Source of the DNA: Cenococcum geophilum
Taxonomy: Eukaryota
Assembly (NCBI GenBank): GCA_050273025.1
Contig: CP158636.1
Coordinates: forward strand, 4,650,001 to 4,714,000
Reading direction: 5' to 3'
DNA: 64,000 nucleotides
A program made the position numbers and the translations under genes. This document shows, one piece after another, positions 24,598 through 40,300 of this stretch. The notes beneath the pieces were generated by a model. It worked only from the letters and a program-made list of their open reading frames with translations. It ran no database searches and was not told the DNA's origin. Each line of letters opens with the position of its first letter. Position 1 is the first letter of the stretch.

Positions 24598-27500
24598 GTC
24601 AATCGGCGGAGCGTCTCCGGGCACATTCATCCCACACATTCAAGATTAGTAAGCGCTTACTAAGTCCCGCACAGGCCGCTATCGCGAACTTAATTTAAAT
24701 AACAAAGCACTATTTACATGTGTAATACTCCAATATTCGGCCGTCTATTTCAATAGGATCTTTTCCCTTTTTATTACCACGCGTTCGCTTAGCCTAAGGG
24801 GACCTAATAGCAAGTGTGCTAGCTTTATAAGCCTTATACGCGTCTACAGAAGCTCCCTATCGCGGTCGCTTTAATTTTAACAGAATAATAATCTCTTTTG
24901 GCTTAGTATTACTAGGACCCTTATTAGTATTACTTAAGATTAATATAAAATTACCACGGGCTAATTAAGTATAGGTCCTTTAAGCTCTAGTGCGCGCCGC
25001 TCTACCAGATTAATAGAGTAGGAGAGGTAGCGGCTCTTAATAATTATTAGATGCCGAATAGTTCGTAATAGGCTCCTTCTCACCAATATTTTGGTAAGGG
25101 TCGTCCAATATAGTACCTTAGAGTACTTCCGCGTTATTAAGCCACAAGTCATCATCCTCCCCCGCTTCTAAAATAACCACCTCGTCCTCTAACCCCCCTA
25201 AAACTTCGTTATACAGCACCGACGGCTCATTAAACGGTTGCTCCTTATCCTCCTTAATATCCTCATCCACTTCATCAGCCGGTTCTTTATTTTAGATTAA
25301 AAAATAGCTAAGATCTACACTACTGCTTGGTTAAGTAGGTCTAGACTCTACCTTCTCCTTCTACTTCTAGGCCTCCTCCTGCCTTTCCTTTTAAAGCCCT
25401 TGCTCGGCTACATCGGCAGCACGTTTAGCAATCTCAGCACTTATTTTACCCCGCTGGTTGGCCTTACTATATTTCTTTTTAGGTGGTAGCTGCTAGCGAG
25501 CCTTTTAAGGAACCTCAAATAGAGCGCCCTTAGGTAGTAATTAAAGCTCTACCTATCTAATTAAAATAGCCATTTGGGCTACCTTAAAGTCTTTAAATTT
25601 ATTAGCAAGCTCGCCCATTTCTTTAGCAGGAAGGTCCTTAATAATATTAAGAAGGCGGAGAACCGATAGCCAAATCCTAGTAAGAGCTTCCGGGTGCCCT
25701 AGCAGAGGGTCACCCTAAAACGCCATATTCTTAATATATTACGGCTGCCAATCTAAAGCGGCAATTAGCTTTGTTACAATATACTAGTAAGGGTAGATTA
25801 AAGCCGGCAATATAGGAAGCCTTTATATTAAGCACCGAATAAGTATATAATAATAGGGGAGGCCATATTAGTAGGGGTCCTCATAGTTACAGTTATCTTA
25901 CTTCCACTCCTAATCGGCCCACTTCTGCTTTTCCTTATTTATTAAAGCTCTCGCGCCACGTATAGAGTTAAAGATTCGCTAAAGCGCGTAGTATATCACC
26001 ACACCATTAACCTACGCAAAGTGGTGTTAAAAGAGGTCTAGGGTAATAATTCGGGGGAGGGACATTTCGGACGTATATTTGGATTTAATTAACTCCTTAC
26101 ACAATATTAAAATCCACCTCTTTAGCTTAATTATAGTATCCTTAAGGCTTAATTAATAATTAGTAAAGCATTTCAATCCTCTGTTAATACCCTTGCCTTA
26201 TTAGCTTACTATTATACCTAAATTTAGAAGGTATCTAGTAAGGGAGTAAGCGGTTAAGGAAAAGTTAATATTAAAATAAGGTTTTTAAGCCAGGGAACAG
26301 AATATCACCATAAGATATTTAGATGAGCTTTACTATAGGCCGGCCTATAGTAAAGCTTATCTAAATGCCTTATAGCAATATTCTATTCCCTAGCTTACTA
26401 AAACTTACCTAATATAATAGGTAATCATCTAGCTCTCCTTTTTAACGTATATAGTCTAAAACTACACCTTATTGTATAGGTATAGCTTATCTAGGACTGC
26501 CTTTTAATTAGCTTTAAGCTCTACTACCGTTTTAGATTTTAGGTAGGGCTAAAATAGTTCCTTTACTACCTTCCTTTCTTCTACTAAGTAGCTATATAGC
26601 CTTTTAGCCTTTATCTAGATCCCCTCATTAATCCGCTTCTTCATTGCCTTTACAGTGTACCACTAGTAGTACTAGAGAACAACTACAATTAACTACCCTA
26701 CCAATAAGGCGGCTGCAAGGCCCTTACCAAAATCGGCAATAATAACTTTAGGTGGCCGTTTCCAAAGTTTCTGCTAAGTAGACTCTAGTAAAAAGGTCTA
26801 ATCTAGCTAAGACTCGCTTTTAATAAACGATTGCATTGCTAGAAAAGAGGACCCTATATTAATAACACTAGTAATAATAGCTAATAAGAGCTTAGATCGA
26901 TTGGTATTAAATATAGCATCTATTTAGCAGCTAAAGTCGGTAATAAACCTTTATACCAAATCTACCTAAATAGGAAGCCAAAATATAAGCTACTAAAGAC
27001 TCCGGGCAATTAAATAACCTAATTCTAGATTAATTATATAGGTATATTAAGACCGGTACTTAAATCTATACTAGTAGAGAAGCAGCTTAAGCGCGCTAAG
27101 CGCTCGCGGCTGGCCCTTAGCTCTACTAGGAAGGCCGCTTAACGATTACGTTAAGCTATAGTATTTCTTCTTACTTATATATAACTCTCGGGCAGAAAGC
27201 TAACGCTATATAGTAAAATAGGTCTCCCAAGTTGCCCTAAGAGCGTAGGCTTCTGTGGCTGCCTTTTTAGCCTCTAGTAGTTAATCCTAGTAGCCAATAT
27301 AAGTAAGGGGATTCGCGACGAAGTCGTGTTCTAGAGCCTCTAAAGTATCTAAATTAAAGTACTTAGCACGCGTAATAGTCGCCACCTATCCTTTAATATT
27401 ACCTATATAGCCAGGAAGCTTCTTCTAGGCTACCCGAATACACTAGCCGCAGTTCTTTTAGTATACCTTAGTAGCCTCTCGCTACCAGTTGCTATTTTTA

Positions 27501-28314
27501 CCATAAAAGTTGTCTAACTTACGGTAATTCCGGGTATACTTACTATGGTGTTTATAGCCAAAGATATAGTGCGGCCGTAGAGTGGTTTTATTACCTAAGG
27601 ACAGTATAATAATAAAGAAGCCTTTGCTAAAGGCGTAGTCCTAGTATTAATTAAACGCGGCGTTAGGATCCTTAAAGGTCTCACCATTATATAGCTTTAA
27701 AAGGTAGTAGGCAGGCATAGAGTTAACTACCTTTTTTACTATTGGAGCTAGGTCCAGGTGCAAACGGTAGTTCAGCTACTACTTTAGACATTAGATCTTA
27801 ACTTCTAGTAACGGCAATTAAAGCTATAGCGGAAGAGGATTATATATATCGTATACCAAAGGAGTAAAAGCAGCACGATATTTATAACCGCTAGGGGTTA
27901 AAGTTCTAGAAGGGAGTAAAGGAGAGAATAACTCCTACGTAGAGGCCTGCGCTAAGCTCTCTACACCTATATATTATAGCCGGCGAAGCTAAGATAGAGT
28001 TAACGGAGCCTAAAAAACCTTATACTAAGCAGCTAGAGCAACCTAGTAAAGGGGGAATAGGGTATTAAGGACTTCAATAGGGTTGCTCTGGTAATCACTA
28101 GGTTTTCGTACTAAAGCAGTAGAGGTAGTCTAGGCAGTATAGGCAGTATAGGTAGCAGGGCAACGCTATAGAAGCTTATTAAGGTCAGGAAGAGTTAAAT
28201 TAATATTAAATAAAGAGCTATTGGCTATGCTGTATAGTAGGAAGTTAATATAGGCTTTATAAGGTATAGATTTAGAGCGACTTTATAGTAGAAAACTTCT
28301 AGAAACTTGCTATT

Positions 28315-31300
28315 TGTCACGGCTTAAATAAATGCCTTTAAACCGAAGCTTGAACAAATGCTGTATTACGAAGATATTAAGCTAAAGAGAAGGAAAAGGG
28401 GTCGCTAGGACCGATGTAAACAAATATATAGGGTAAGCCGCCAAGGCGCTAGCTTTAGGCGGGCTAATTATAGGTCGGCAGAATATGGCAGAATTTAGCA
28501 GGTAATGTGCGATAGCGCCGTTATATTACCCCCCTCTTTAAAAGAAAGCCTACCCTTAGGCTTAGTTAGAAAAAATAGGGTAGCACTAGGCTTATAAACG
28601 TAGGATTATAAAAATATAAGATAAGGAAATAAAGGGGACATAAGTCTGTCCTAACTAAGTATAAAGGGCAATTGTGGGCTAAGTGGAAGCACTAGGCTAG
28701 AATGTTACGGACGCTTTAAGTACGATGTTACGACTACTTAGAGAAGAGTTGGAAGAAGCTAGTTGGTTAATATAGGCACGGACTAGGATAGAACCCGTGG
28801 AACCATATAACGAGAAATAGTAAGTGAGTCATATAATGGTTAAACGTATTGGCTGCGTTAAACGTAAGGGACGTTACGTTTAATATAGATAAGACGTATA
28901 TTACGTATAAGAAGGATTTTATAGGAGTACGGTTGTGTATTTAAGGACCCTTAGTCCCTACCTAGATAGTTCCTTTCTTATAGTGATTCTTAGAATACAA
29001 TTAAAGTTAATCTATTAGGTAACTACTCCACCAGTTATTATTACGTTATTAACTTTTATACTTATATTTCCTATATACCTAGCCCAATAACGAGCCTACC
29101 GTAGTTCTTACTATAAGGTTCCGTTATATAATTACTACCTAGTTACGGTATTAATATAAGAAGTTGAATAACATGCCACTAAAAGCAGCTACTACGACGC
29201 TATTGACGGCAGCAACTACTTTAAGGACAGGAGGTGATACTAATATAGCAGATACTAACTTATAGTAACCTATAATAGTCAGATAGCTATAGGAAATAGT
29301 TAACTAGCTAATAGCTAATAATATAGTATTAGAAGAAAGACTTAACGGGATAGGAGTAACAAAGATTAAGCTACTATTAATTAAGAGATTTACTAGAGAG
29401 AGGTTAAAGCTTAAAGGATTCCTTACGCAGATGTATTTTAAGGTCTTATAGAAGGGAGTAAAGTTACCTATACCTGTAGATCGGATAGCCTATATAGGAC
29501 TATTCTTATTAGGGAAAGTACTTAAGTAATTTAAATTTTACTTTACGGAGATATAGGTAAACGGAATAATAACCACTAACTAAGACGTGTGATTTATATT
29601 CTTAAGTTAGGAAGGATTTATAGAACGACTAACGCAGATATTTAGAAACCCGGAAGAAATAACTATAGTAAAAAGAAAACTCTAGAACCTTATATAACAA
29701 ACTTTAGCAATTAAGTATATAATATAGTTCCAGACACTAGCAATATAAATAAAGTGGAATAATAGGGTACTTATAGCACAGTATAAATAGGGACTTAAGG
29801 CTAAAGTCTAGGACGTAATTATTCTAATAGAAGATGCGGACACCCTAAGGGATCTAATAGATTAGGCGATTAAGATTAATAATTAGATTTATTAAAGGGA
29901 ATAGGCTAAAAGAGGCTAAGATAGAGTTCTATAGTTGTATAAGGCGTAAAGTACATAATAATAAAAGCTAAGTTAGAAAATATGGTATGGCGCAGAGCTA
30001 ATGGACCTAAGTAGTACTAAAGAAGCCTATAAGAGATAGAGTAAACTATGGAAACCTAAAGGACAAGGATTAAGTAATTAAAAGTCTAAAAAGCAGAGGC
30101 TAAATCAGGGATCTTAATAGTAGAAGACATTTAGGCGGACTCTATAATAAGAGAAATAGTTTAAAGAAGGAGCTTACATAAATTGCGGAAAATAGGGTTA
30201 TTATATTAGAGACTGTAGAAGTGGGCAGAGTTACTATGTAGTAAAAGATATAAGACTAGTAGACGATATATATGTATAGAGGGATAATAATATGCTGCGA
30301 GGAATAAAAGAATATTTAATTAAAAGTTTTGCGTTTTGTTATAATAACGTATGCCGAATTTATAAGGACGCTAAGTATAGTGCAAGCTATTAGCTATAAG
30401 AGCTAGCACCTACAAAATATAGAGGAACTAACGAACCAGTTCGCAGATCGGATATTAAGGATAATGAATTTGACTTAGGCGAAATATTCCGTAATAATAA
30501 GGTAATAAGGGCCGCTTACTAGGAGTGAGTAGACCTTGGAGATATTATACTAAAGGTAGAGGATAATTCTACTATAGAATAGGGAATATTAGTAGGGATT
30601 AAAACCCCACTAGATATAATGTCTATCGCTTTATAAGACGTAAGAGAAGTAGGATAGTGAACTACTTCAGCACTTAATAAAGGCAAAAGGCTAAAGGCTT
30701 AAGATTCTTATAGCGAGATAAAAGATAACTAAGATTCTTAAGATAAGATAAGGTAAGCTTAAGGACCTATAACAGATGATAACTAATAGAGCAGAGCAGT
30801 AGCTTAGTTTAGAACTATACGAATAAGCTTAGGATAGAAGTTCCCATAGGTATAAGATTCTTAAGACGAGATAAGTAGGATTTAAGACTTTTAAGATGAG
30901 ATAAGAACACTAAATAAGCCTAGTTAGACTAAGGCTAGAGCTAAGCTTAAGTCAAAAGTAAGCTTAGGATTAAAGAATCTAAAAGGTTAAAAATTCGGAG
31001 TATAAATTAGGACACCTATAGATAAGAGGTAAGGAGCTTCTTTATAGATTAGAGAATCTATAGTATAAATAATAATTAGACTAGGAGACAAATATATAGA
31101 CCTAAAGGATTTACTAATTAAATAAAGTGTTTAAACTAAAGATTAAAAAGTTAATATTAGGATTAAGAAGTAAGACGACTTTAAGGATTAGAGCGTAAGG
31201 CGCAAACCAAAAGAAACTATAGAAGAATTTAGGCAAAGAATTATCGCATAGTAAGAATAGAAATTAGATAGAAGATTTAGTATATTGGGACGTATAAAGG

Positions 31301-34300
31301 ACAGAGCACTAGTATAAAGAATTACTAATAGGCCGAGAGTAGGCATACTAAGAGCTAAGTGGCTTACTAAACTAGAAGATAAAGAGGATCTAGGGATTTT
31401 TATTAGGTTTAAGGAATAATATATAAAGGGCTATCACAATATAGTAATAAGAAGATACTTCCTTATAGATAAACCGTATATACTCTAGTAGCTGTACTAA
31501 AAGTGGTATAGGCAAAGGCATAATAATAAGTGGGAAGATTTCTATATATAGTTAGATGAAAAAGTTATCTAGGACCACCTAATTATAAAGAAGGCCATAA
31601 CACATATTAAAGGAGCCTTAATTATAACGTTAAAGGATCTAAAGGAATGTTTAGAGGACTAGAGAAGTAAGAGACGTATCTTAGTACCTATGAATAAAGT
31701 CGCAACGTTTAGATTAGCATAATAAAGGTTTAAACTTAAGGATAAAGACGAGCTAAGAGTTAACCTAAAGCACCTAGTATACTACACGTTATTATAGATT
31801 GCGTATATAGACGATATATATAAAATATATAAGAATCTAAAGGAAAAGAATTAAAAATACCCTATAAGGATGTACTAGATAATAGACGAGTAATAGTATA
31901 AGAATGCCAAATATATGTATAAATGGTATCTAGCAGAGGTCTAAGAGGAAGGAAGTTTAGTACTTTAACTAGGAAGATTCCTTACGGAAGAATACTTAGA
32001 TAGATAATAGTAGTGGGAATACCTAGAAAATATATGTCTATGGTATATTAAAGATAAAAAGTAAACTAGGTATTAGCTAAAAAGTGAGCTAAGTGTACTA
32101 GAATTAAGTAGCTAATAGTTAGGAAAAGTAGAGGCCTATAAAACTAAAGGGAGCTAGTAGTAGAGCCTTAGACCCTTAAAGGAATTTAAGAATAATACCT
32201 AAATTTATAAATTAGTTAGTAAGATTAGTAGTTTAAAGCGCTAATAGATAGTAGAGTAACGCAAAACTATATCTTACTAATAGTAGTTAAAAGAATAGGG
32301 CTACCTTATAGACAAAAGGAGTAACCTTACCTATTAGTTATAATTTTAGGAGATCTAATAACCTATAAAGGAGGGATTATTAATCTTAAAACAGGACCTA
32401 TTTAGATAACTATTAAAGGGAGATAAATTAAGATATCTTTTAATATCCTACTATTAGGACGGGATAAGGCAGTATTAGGTATGCCTTAGTTATAGGAATA
32501 TAATCTAAGGATCAATTGGATTATAGGTTAGGTCGATATTAGAGATACTTAATGCTATAAGATGTAATAATAAGCTAAGTTGGTATAGTACTAAGTAGGA
32601 GCAACCTATAAAGAAATAGAAAAAGGACTAAGTTATATACTAAAGAGATACTATAAGTATAGTAAGAAACTATAGTTACCGGAAAGTAAAAAGCTATTAA
32701 AGTATATAGCATAGGACTATAAGATAGAGTTAGAGCTAGGAATAAGTCTAAAGTTCTTTTTAATCTATAAGCTTACTGAAGAAGAAGGTAAAGCGTTAAA
32801 AGAGTTTATTTAGGAAAATCTATAAAAGGGATATATTAGACCATCACAGTTATTAGCGGGTTATCCAGTACTATTTGTACTAAAGAAAAATAGTAAACTA
32901 AGGCTGTGTATTAACTATAGATAGTTAAATAGCATTACTAGGAAGGATAGGTATCCTTTACCCTTAATTAACGAAATCTAAGATAGGATAGGTAATGCGT
33001 AAATCTTTATAAAGATAGATCTAAGATAGGCGTACTATTAGATTAGGATTAAGAAAGGCGATAAATAGAAGGCAGCCTTTAGGTTAAAGAAAGGACTATA
33101 TAAACCATTAGTTATACAATTTAGGCTTATAAACGTACTAGTAATATTTTAGAAGTATATTAATAATATATTAGGGGAATACTTAGATAAATTTGTTATA
33201 GTATATCTTAATAATATTATTATCTACTTAATAACTAAGGAAGAATATAGGGAACACGTTAAATAGGTTTTAAAGAGACTATAAGAAGAATAGATGCTAG
33301 TAGCAATTAAGAAATACGAGTTCTTCACTAGGAAGACCAATTTTGTTAGATTTATTATTAAACTAGGCTAACTTAGTATAGATCTAAAAAAGATTAAGGC
33401 TATAGTGAATTGGTAGGAACTAGAGAACGTTATATAGTTAAGATTATTTTTAAGGTTTTGTAATTACTATAAAAGGTTTATAGCGTAGTGGTTAAAGGAT
33501 ATTAAGCTATTTACGCGGTTAATAAAGAAAGAAGAACTATAGATATAGGGAGAGGAGTAAAGAGAACTTTTTAAGAAAGTTAAAGAGTTATTTACCTAGG
33601 AGCCAGTTTTTAAGATCTATTAACTAGGACTAGAGATAGTTATAAAAACGGATATATTAAACTATGCACTAGGGGTATACTTTATATAAAGGTATCAAGA
33701 TAAATAGCACCCAGTGGTATACTATAGTTGGAAGATAACACTACTAGAGTTAAACTATAACATCTATAACAAGGAGTTATTAGGTATAGTTACAGTATTA
33801 AAGAAATAGAGAGCATTTTTATAAGGCATAGAGAAACTATTTATAGTTAAGACGGATTATAAGAACCTAATAGGATTCCTAATAATAAAGGAACTTAACT
33901 AAAGACAGGTTAAATGGGCAGAGATGCTTACGGAATACTATTTTGAGATTTAGTATATTAAAGGTACAGACAATACGTAGGTAGATGCTCTAAGCCGTAA
34001 AGCTAAACTATAAAATAAGGAAAAGCCATTAGGGGCTTTATTACGAAAAGACATAGGCGGATTAATTAGGTACAATTATCTAAAAATTACAGTAACTTAA
34101 GAAGATAATGAACTAGAGAAAGTCTACGAGATACTAGAAAGCTTTTAGGTATAAAGAATTCTAGAAGTATAGCTAGAAGATTTATAGACGGATATATACG
34201 AAAATTAAGAAGTAAAGTATATCCTAAGAAGTATAGCAGAATAGTTTATAAAGGACTTCTATAAGGGACTAACCTAAGGACATAATAGAGCTATAGGCTT

Positions 34301-37300
34301 AGTGTTAAGACTCTAAGAGGAGTATATTATTAATAGAATCTAAAAGATAGCTAGAAGGGTTATAAAGGAATATCTAGATTACTAAAGAAATAAACTAATA
34401 AGGTATAAGCTATATAGAGGGCTATAACCTATTAAAATACTAGAGAGACTATAGGAGGTTATATTATAGGACTTTATTATTAAGTTGTTAAAATTAAAAG
34501 ATCCTATTACCGGATAAGATTATAACGCGATCTTAGTAATAGTAGACAAGCTTATAAAGTGGGGATACTTTATAGCATATATAGAAGAAATCTTAGCAGA
34601 AGATGTTGCTAAAATCTATATTAAAGAAGTATTCGTAAGATATAAAGTACTAAGTAAGATTATATTGGATAGAGATCTAAGATTCGTAATAGCATTTTAG
34701 GAAGTGTTCTTAGCGGAGCAAGGAGTTTAAGTAGTAACTTTTACCGTATATTATTTACAGATAGACGGTTAAATAGAAAGATTAAATTAGACGCTAGAGT
34801 AGTACCTAAGGCATTATATTAATTATGTATAGAACAATTAGGTATTACTATTACCAGTTATATAGTTTATATATAATATAACACCCTAAGAAGAAATAGG
34901 CATATTACTATTTAAGGCAAATTACGGATATAAGCCAAAAATATTGTTATTACTATAGTAAGCGAAGAAAATGAGTAGTACAGCTAAAGAGAGAATAAAG
35001 ACATTAATAAATCTTTATATAGACCTTACGGAATTAATAAAGAAAGTATAAGAGAAAATAAAAAAGTACTATAATGCTAAGAGATCTAAAGGACTAGATT
35101 TTAAGGAGGGAGATAAAGTATAGCTACTATACAAAAATTTTAAAAGTTAACAACTAAGCAAGAAGTTAGACTACGTTAGACTAGGACCTTTTAAAATTAT
35201 ATAAAGGATTTCACTAGTTACGTTTAAGTTAAACCTACTAGCTAAAATAAAGATCTACCCTATATAGCATATCGTAATGCTAAAGCTAGTATATAGGAAT
35301 ATTAAGCTACTAGTCTATAAAGCAGATATATATAGAGGATAAGAAGAAGACAAATAGTAAGTATTAAAGATCATTAATTATAAGGACATTAATAACAAAA
35401 TATAGTATAAGGTTAAGTAGATAGGCTATACTAAGACTACCTAGGAGCCACTAGAGAATTTAAAAAACGCTATAGGAAAGGTACAGGAGTATTAAAAAAG
35501 ATTAGGTCAGGCAGTATTAATAAAGAAGAATTACTAAAGAATAAGTTACCTAAGGGGGACCTAAGAAGAGCAGTTGCCGAACTACTTAGATCTATTTCCT
35601 TCTCTATTAGAGGAGAATCCGTTCTTTTATTACCTAGTTCCTAAAGACCTTATTAAATAAGTTTCTACTCCTTTAAATAAACTTTCTTACGGACACGTTC
35701 TAAACGCTAAAGATAAGTATAAGCTAGACGCTAAGCTTTAAGGACACGTATAGACTCTTCTAAGGCACGCTAGACCTTAAGCAGTGTAGAGGCTAGCTTA
35801 CTATTAAGCTTTACAGTAGTAGATTAAATATAAAACCCTATAACAAATTACTTAGGGAACTTAAAGACTATTAAGAGTAATAGAATATATATACTTAGCA
35901 TTAGATATAGAACAAACGTTATATAATAAACGCATATTAGCGCAAGTGTATTTAGAATAAGAGGAGGGTTAGTAACCAAAAGGACTTGCAATTATAATAT
36001 AACTTAATCCCTCTTTCGCACAATAAGAATAAGGGATTGCTATTACTTTACCTAGTAATAGTATTAAGGAGACGGTATAAAGGCGACGCTCAACCTAAGA
36101 GAGAGAAGAAATTGCTTTAGGTATTATAAGTAATAATATTAACCAAATTAATTAGATAGATATTATACCTCTAGTAAACAACCTAGAAATGCTAGGTATC
36201 TTTAAGGACGAAAATAAAGAGGAGGGAGATAGTATTATGGACGCTTTAAGTATAATATTATAACTACTTAGAGAAGAGTCGGAAGAAGCTAGTTAGTTAA
36301 TATAGGCACGGACTAAAATAGAACCCGTAGAACCATATAATAAGGAATGGTAAGTAAGTCATATAATAGTTAAACGTATTAGCTGCGTTAAATATAAGGG
36401 ATATCACGTTTAATATAGATAAGACATACATTATATATAAGAAGGATTTCATAGGAGTACGGTTATGTATTTAAGGACCCTTAGTCCCTACCTAGATAGT
36501 TCCTTCCTTATAGTAATTCTTAGAATATAATTAAAGTTAATCTATTAGGCAACTACTCCACCAGTTATTATTACGTTGTTAACTTTTGTACTTATATTTC
36601 CTACACACCTAGCCCAATAACGAGCCCACCGTAGTTCTTGCTATAAGGTTCCATTATATAGAATAAGTAGCCGCTAAAAGTCTTAGCACGAATCTAACCA
36701 ATTAGATAACTTTAACTGGCGGTTAAAGTTCCTAGATATCTAAAATTTTACGGTACTAGTAGAAAACGGCAGAATATGGCAGAATTTAGCAGATAGCTGT
36801 ATTAGGGCTTTGGGGCGTTTTTGTCCCTATATTCTTCTAGTAACTTATTATCTTTATTATGCTAGTATTTTATCTATTTGTCTAGGTACTTTAGGGGTCT
36901 AGGCGCATTAGGGTATTAGTTATAGAATTCTTTAAGCTTCTGGGGGTAGCCTATAAAGTTCTATATAGGGTACCAGGTTAGGTTAGGATTGTAGCCCTTC
37001 TATTAGATATAGTATTTTAGCGCTCCCTATACTATCTTGTAGGCCAATATTTCGTTAACCTCCTATTTATTATTACCGTTTACTTAAACTAGTAGGGGAG
37101 GCTTATTCTTTTGTCCAGGCAATAGGTCATTTACAGCTTTCCGTAACTTGTTTAGCGAGAAGATAGGGTAAACCCTAATTAAGTCTAGGAGCTTTATCTT
37201 ATATAAGTTGCCTATCTTCTTAAGAACCTTATATAGTCCTGCTATCTAGTAGTTTAGCTTACGGCTAGGTCGTTTAGTCTTTTAATTTCTTATTATAACC

Positions 37301-40300
37301 TAGACTATATTGCTAGGGGCAAAATCAGGCTCTTAACGGTGTTTGTTTACCTGCTATTCTATTAACCTCTAAGCTTTTTCTAGGTTCTTATGGGCTACCA
37401 TTTAGGCCTCCTCTAATTATTTAGCGTACTATTAGGCCTTAGCATAGAATAGCTTCTCTTGTATAGTCTAGGGTTCTTCTAGCCTTTTTTAGTTAAAGCT
37501 TATACGGGGTAAGTATTCTATTTCTAGCTAAATTGGGGCAAACCCTATAGAGTTATAGGGTAGGGTTACTTGCGCGTAGTTTATTAAGGGTAGTAATTTA
37601 GACCAGTTGTTTTAAAAATAGTTAATAAAGGGCCTAAGCCTCTGGTCTAGGTACTAATTTATAATCTCTGTCTAACTATCTATCTGGGGGTAATAAGCTA
37701 TAGAAAGCTTTAGCTTAATGCCTAGGATCTAAGTAAACTTATTCTAGAAGGCTAATATAAACTATAGCCTATAATTAGATATAATAGTATCTAGTAGTCC
37801 GTAGATTTGGTAGACGTAATAAACATATAGCTAGGCTGCCTCTTTGGCATTAATGTTCTTATGATATAAAATTAAGAATAGGCGTTTACTAAAGCGGTTA
37901 ACTATAACTATAACTATATTATATCCGTCACGGTCTCTAGGTAGTTTATAGAAGTTTATAAAAATATACTGCTAAGGGCGCTCTAGTATTAGGAGTGGCT
38001 TAAGTAGTCCTAGGGTCTTATCCCGTAGGATTATAGCTCTCTAGTAGTCTTTATAGTTCCGTATATATTAATTAATATCCACAACTATTCTTAGCTAGTA
38101 GTAGCGGCAGTTAATAATTTTACGGGTCTTATTCTTACTAGGGTATGCCGTAGAGACTTAATAATAAGCTTTACGGATTAGTTCGGTCTGTAAATTGTTA
38201 ATGTTAGGGACTATAAGCCGCTCCTAGTATAAGAGCAATCCTTCCTCCGTCTTAAAATTAGGGTCTCCTTTCGCGGCTTATTCGCGGAGGGCCCTTAAGG
38301 CGTTAGCCGTGCGGTTTACAGTTAGGAGGTAGTTAATTAGCCCTATTGGCTTATCTAAGGACTTCTCCATTAGTGCTAGCTTGTTTTACTAGAAGTCTAG
38401 CTCCTTAAGGATCCGTGGGTTAAGCTGTTCTGGATAGAGGAGGGCGCGTGTCTGATATTAGGTCTTTAGCTTATCCTAAGGTCCTATGTCTTATTCTCTT
38501 TAGGTTAAGGCATTAGCCTTAGAGTTTTACTTATTAGAACGATATATAATTATAAAAAAGAATTAGGAGAGTATTTTGGCCCACTAGGCTTATCGCCCTA
38601 TAAGCTGCTTTATAGTTATAAAGTACTCTAGGGCTTTATAATTTATATATATTTTAATCCGGGAGTTTATACCTTTAAGCTTTACGCGCCATTAGGAGAG
38701 TAATTAAATAATAGCTAGTATTTCTTTATCGTGTACTTTATAGTTATACTTAGCTAAGTCTATTGTCTTTAAGAAGAAAGCTATAGGGTACTATTCGCCG
38801 TCTGGATGTAACTATAATAGGATTCCCGCTATAACCCCATTAGAGGCGTCTGTTTCTAGCATTAATTTAAGGTCTAGGTTATAGTGACGAAGAATTAGGG
38901 AAGAGATAAGCTGATCCTTTACCTCTTTAAAGGCCTCTATATAGCTATTATTAAAGACAAAAGGCATGTCCTTCCTAGTTAGTTGTATAAGAGGTTTTGC
39001 TATAATTCTATAGTTACGGATAAACTGGTAGTAGAAATTATAAAAACTAAGAAAGGACTGGATTCCTTTTACTATATAAGGGGGCTTTTAGTTATAGATT
39101 GCCTCTACCTTCTTAGGGTTGACCTTAATTCCTTCCGTAGTTATAATAAACTTAAGGTATTTTATATATTTTACCCTAAACTCGCATTTCTTAATATTAA
39201 CTTATAAGCCCGCGTTCTGTAGCCTCTCTAGGACCTTCTTAATATAAACTTAATACTTAAGTTTGTTGTCTAAGTATATAAGAATGTTATCTAGGTATAC
39301 TGTATAGAATTCGTTAAGGTAATTAAAAAGAACGTTATTTATATACCTTTGGTATATAGCCGGTCCGTTTATTAGTCTAAAAGGAAGAACTTTATATTTA
39401 TAGGAACTATAGCGGGTATAGAATGTTGTTAAATCTTTAGATGCAAGGTCTATCCTAATTTAGTAAAAAGCTTAGCGGATATTAAGTTTGGTAAAGATCT
39501 TTGCCTAGCTTAGACGTGTAAGGGTCTCGTTAATTAAAGGAATAGGATACTGGTCCTTTTAAGTAATAGCGTTTAGCTTTTAATAGTTAATATAAAAACA
39601 AAGGCCTCTATTAGGCTTTTTTATAAATAGGATAGGGGAAGTAAAAGGGGCTTAACTTGGCTTGATAAACCCTTTATCTAGGTTATTAATTAAGTACTAC
39701 TTTATTACTTTTAGCTTATCCGTTAATTAATAGTAGAGGGGGCTATAGCCTAGCGAGTTATTGGCCTTTAATTAAATCTTATAATTGTACGTCTGGTGGG
39801 GGGGTAACTTGTCTAAGGCCGCCTTTAAGAATGTATCCTTATAGCCTATATAAATGGTAGAAAGGAGGCGTTTAACTAGTTTCTTATTAGTTTCCTTATC
39901 TAGCCTTTCCTCTCTATTATTAATAATTCGGTTAATCTTATATAGGCTTGTTGTAAAGACCTTATTGTCCTTCCGGTATATATTAAAGTAAAACGCTATA
40001 GTGCTAATTGCGGTAATGTTTACGGTAGGGGGGTTAACTAATAATAGGGGCGTATATAACTTTAGGGACTTCTAGGGTACTAGCGTTATTGTTACTCCTT
40101 TTAGCTCCTATTATATTTTTTAGAGGTTATCCCTTATATCCTATTAATACGTTCTTTTCTATAATGGTTAGATCTATACGATTTAGATATTATCTACATT
40201 ATTATCTATCCCGCTTTTATACGTAGAGTCCTCTTTAAATATAGCGCTTTGGAAGAGTATCTTTATTAATACGGAGTTCTTTCCAGCTTTATGGCGGGCG

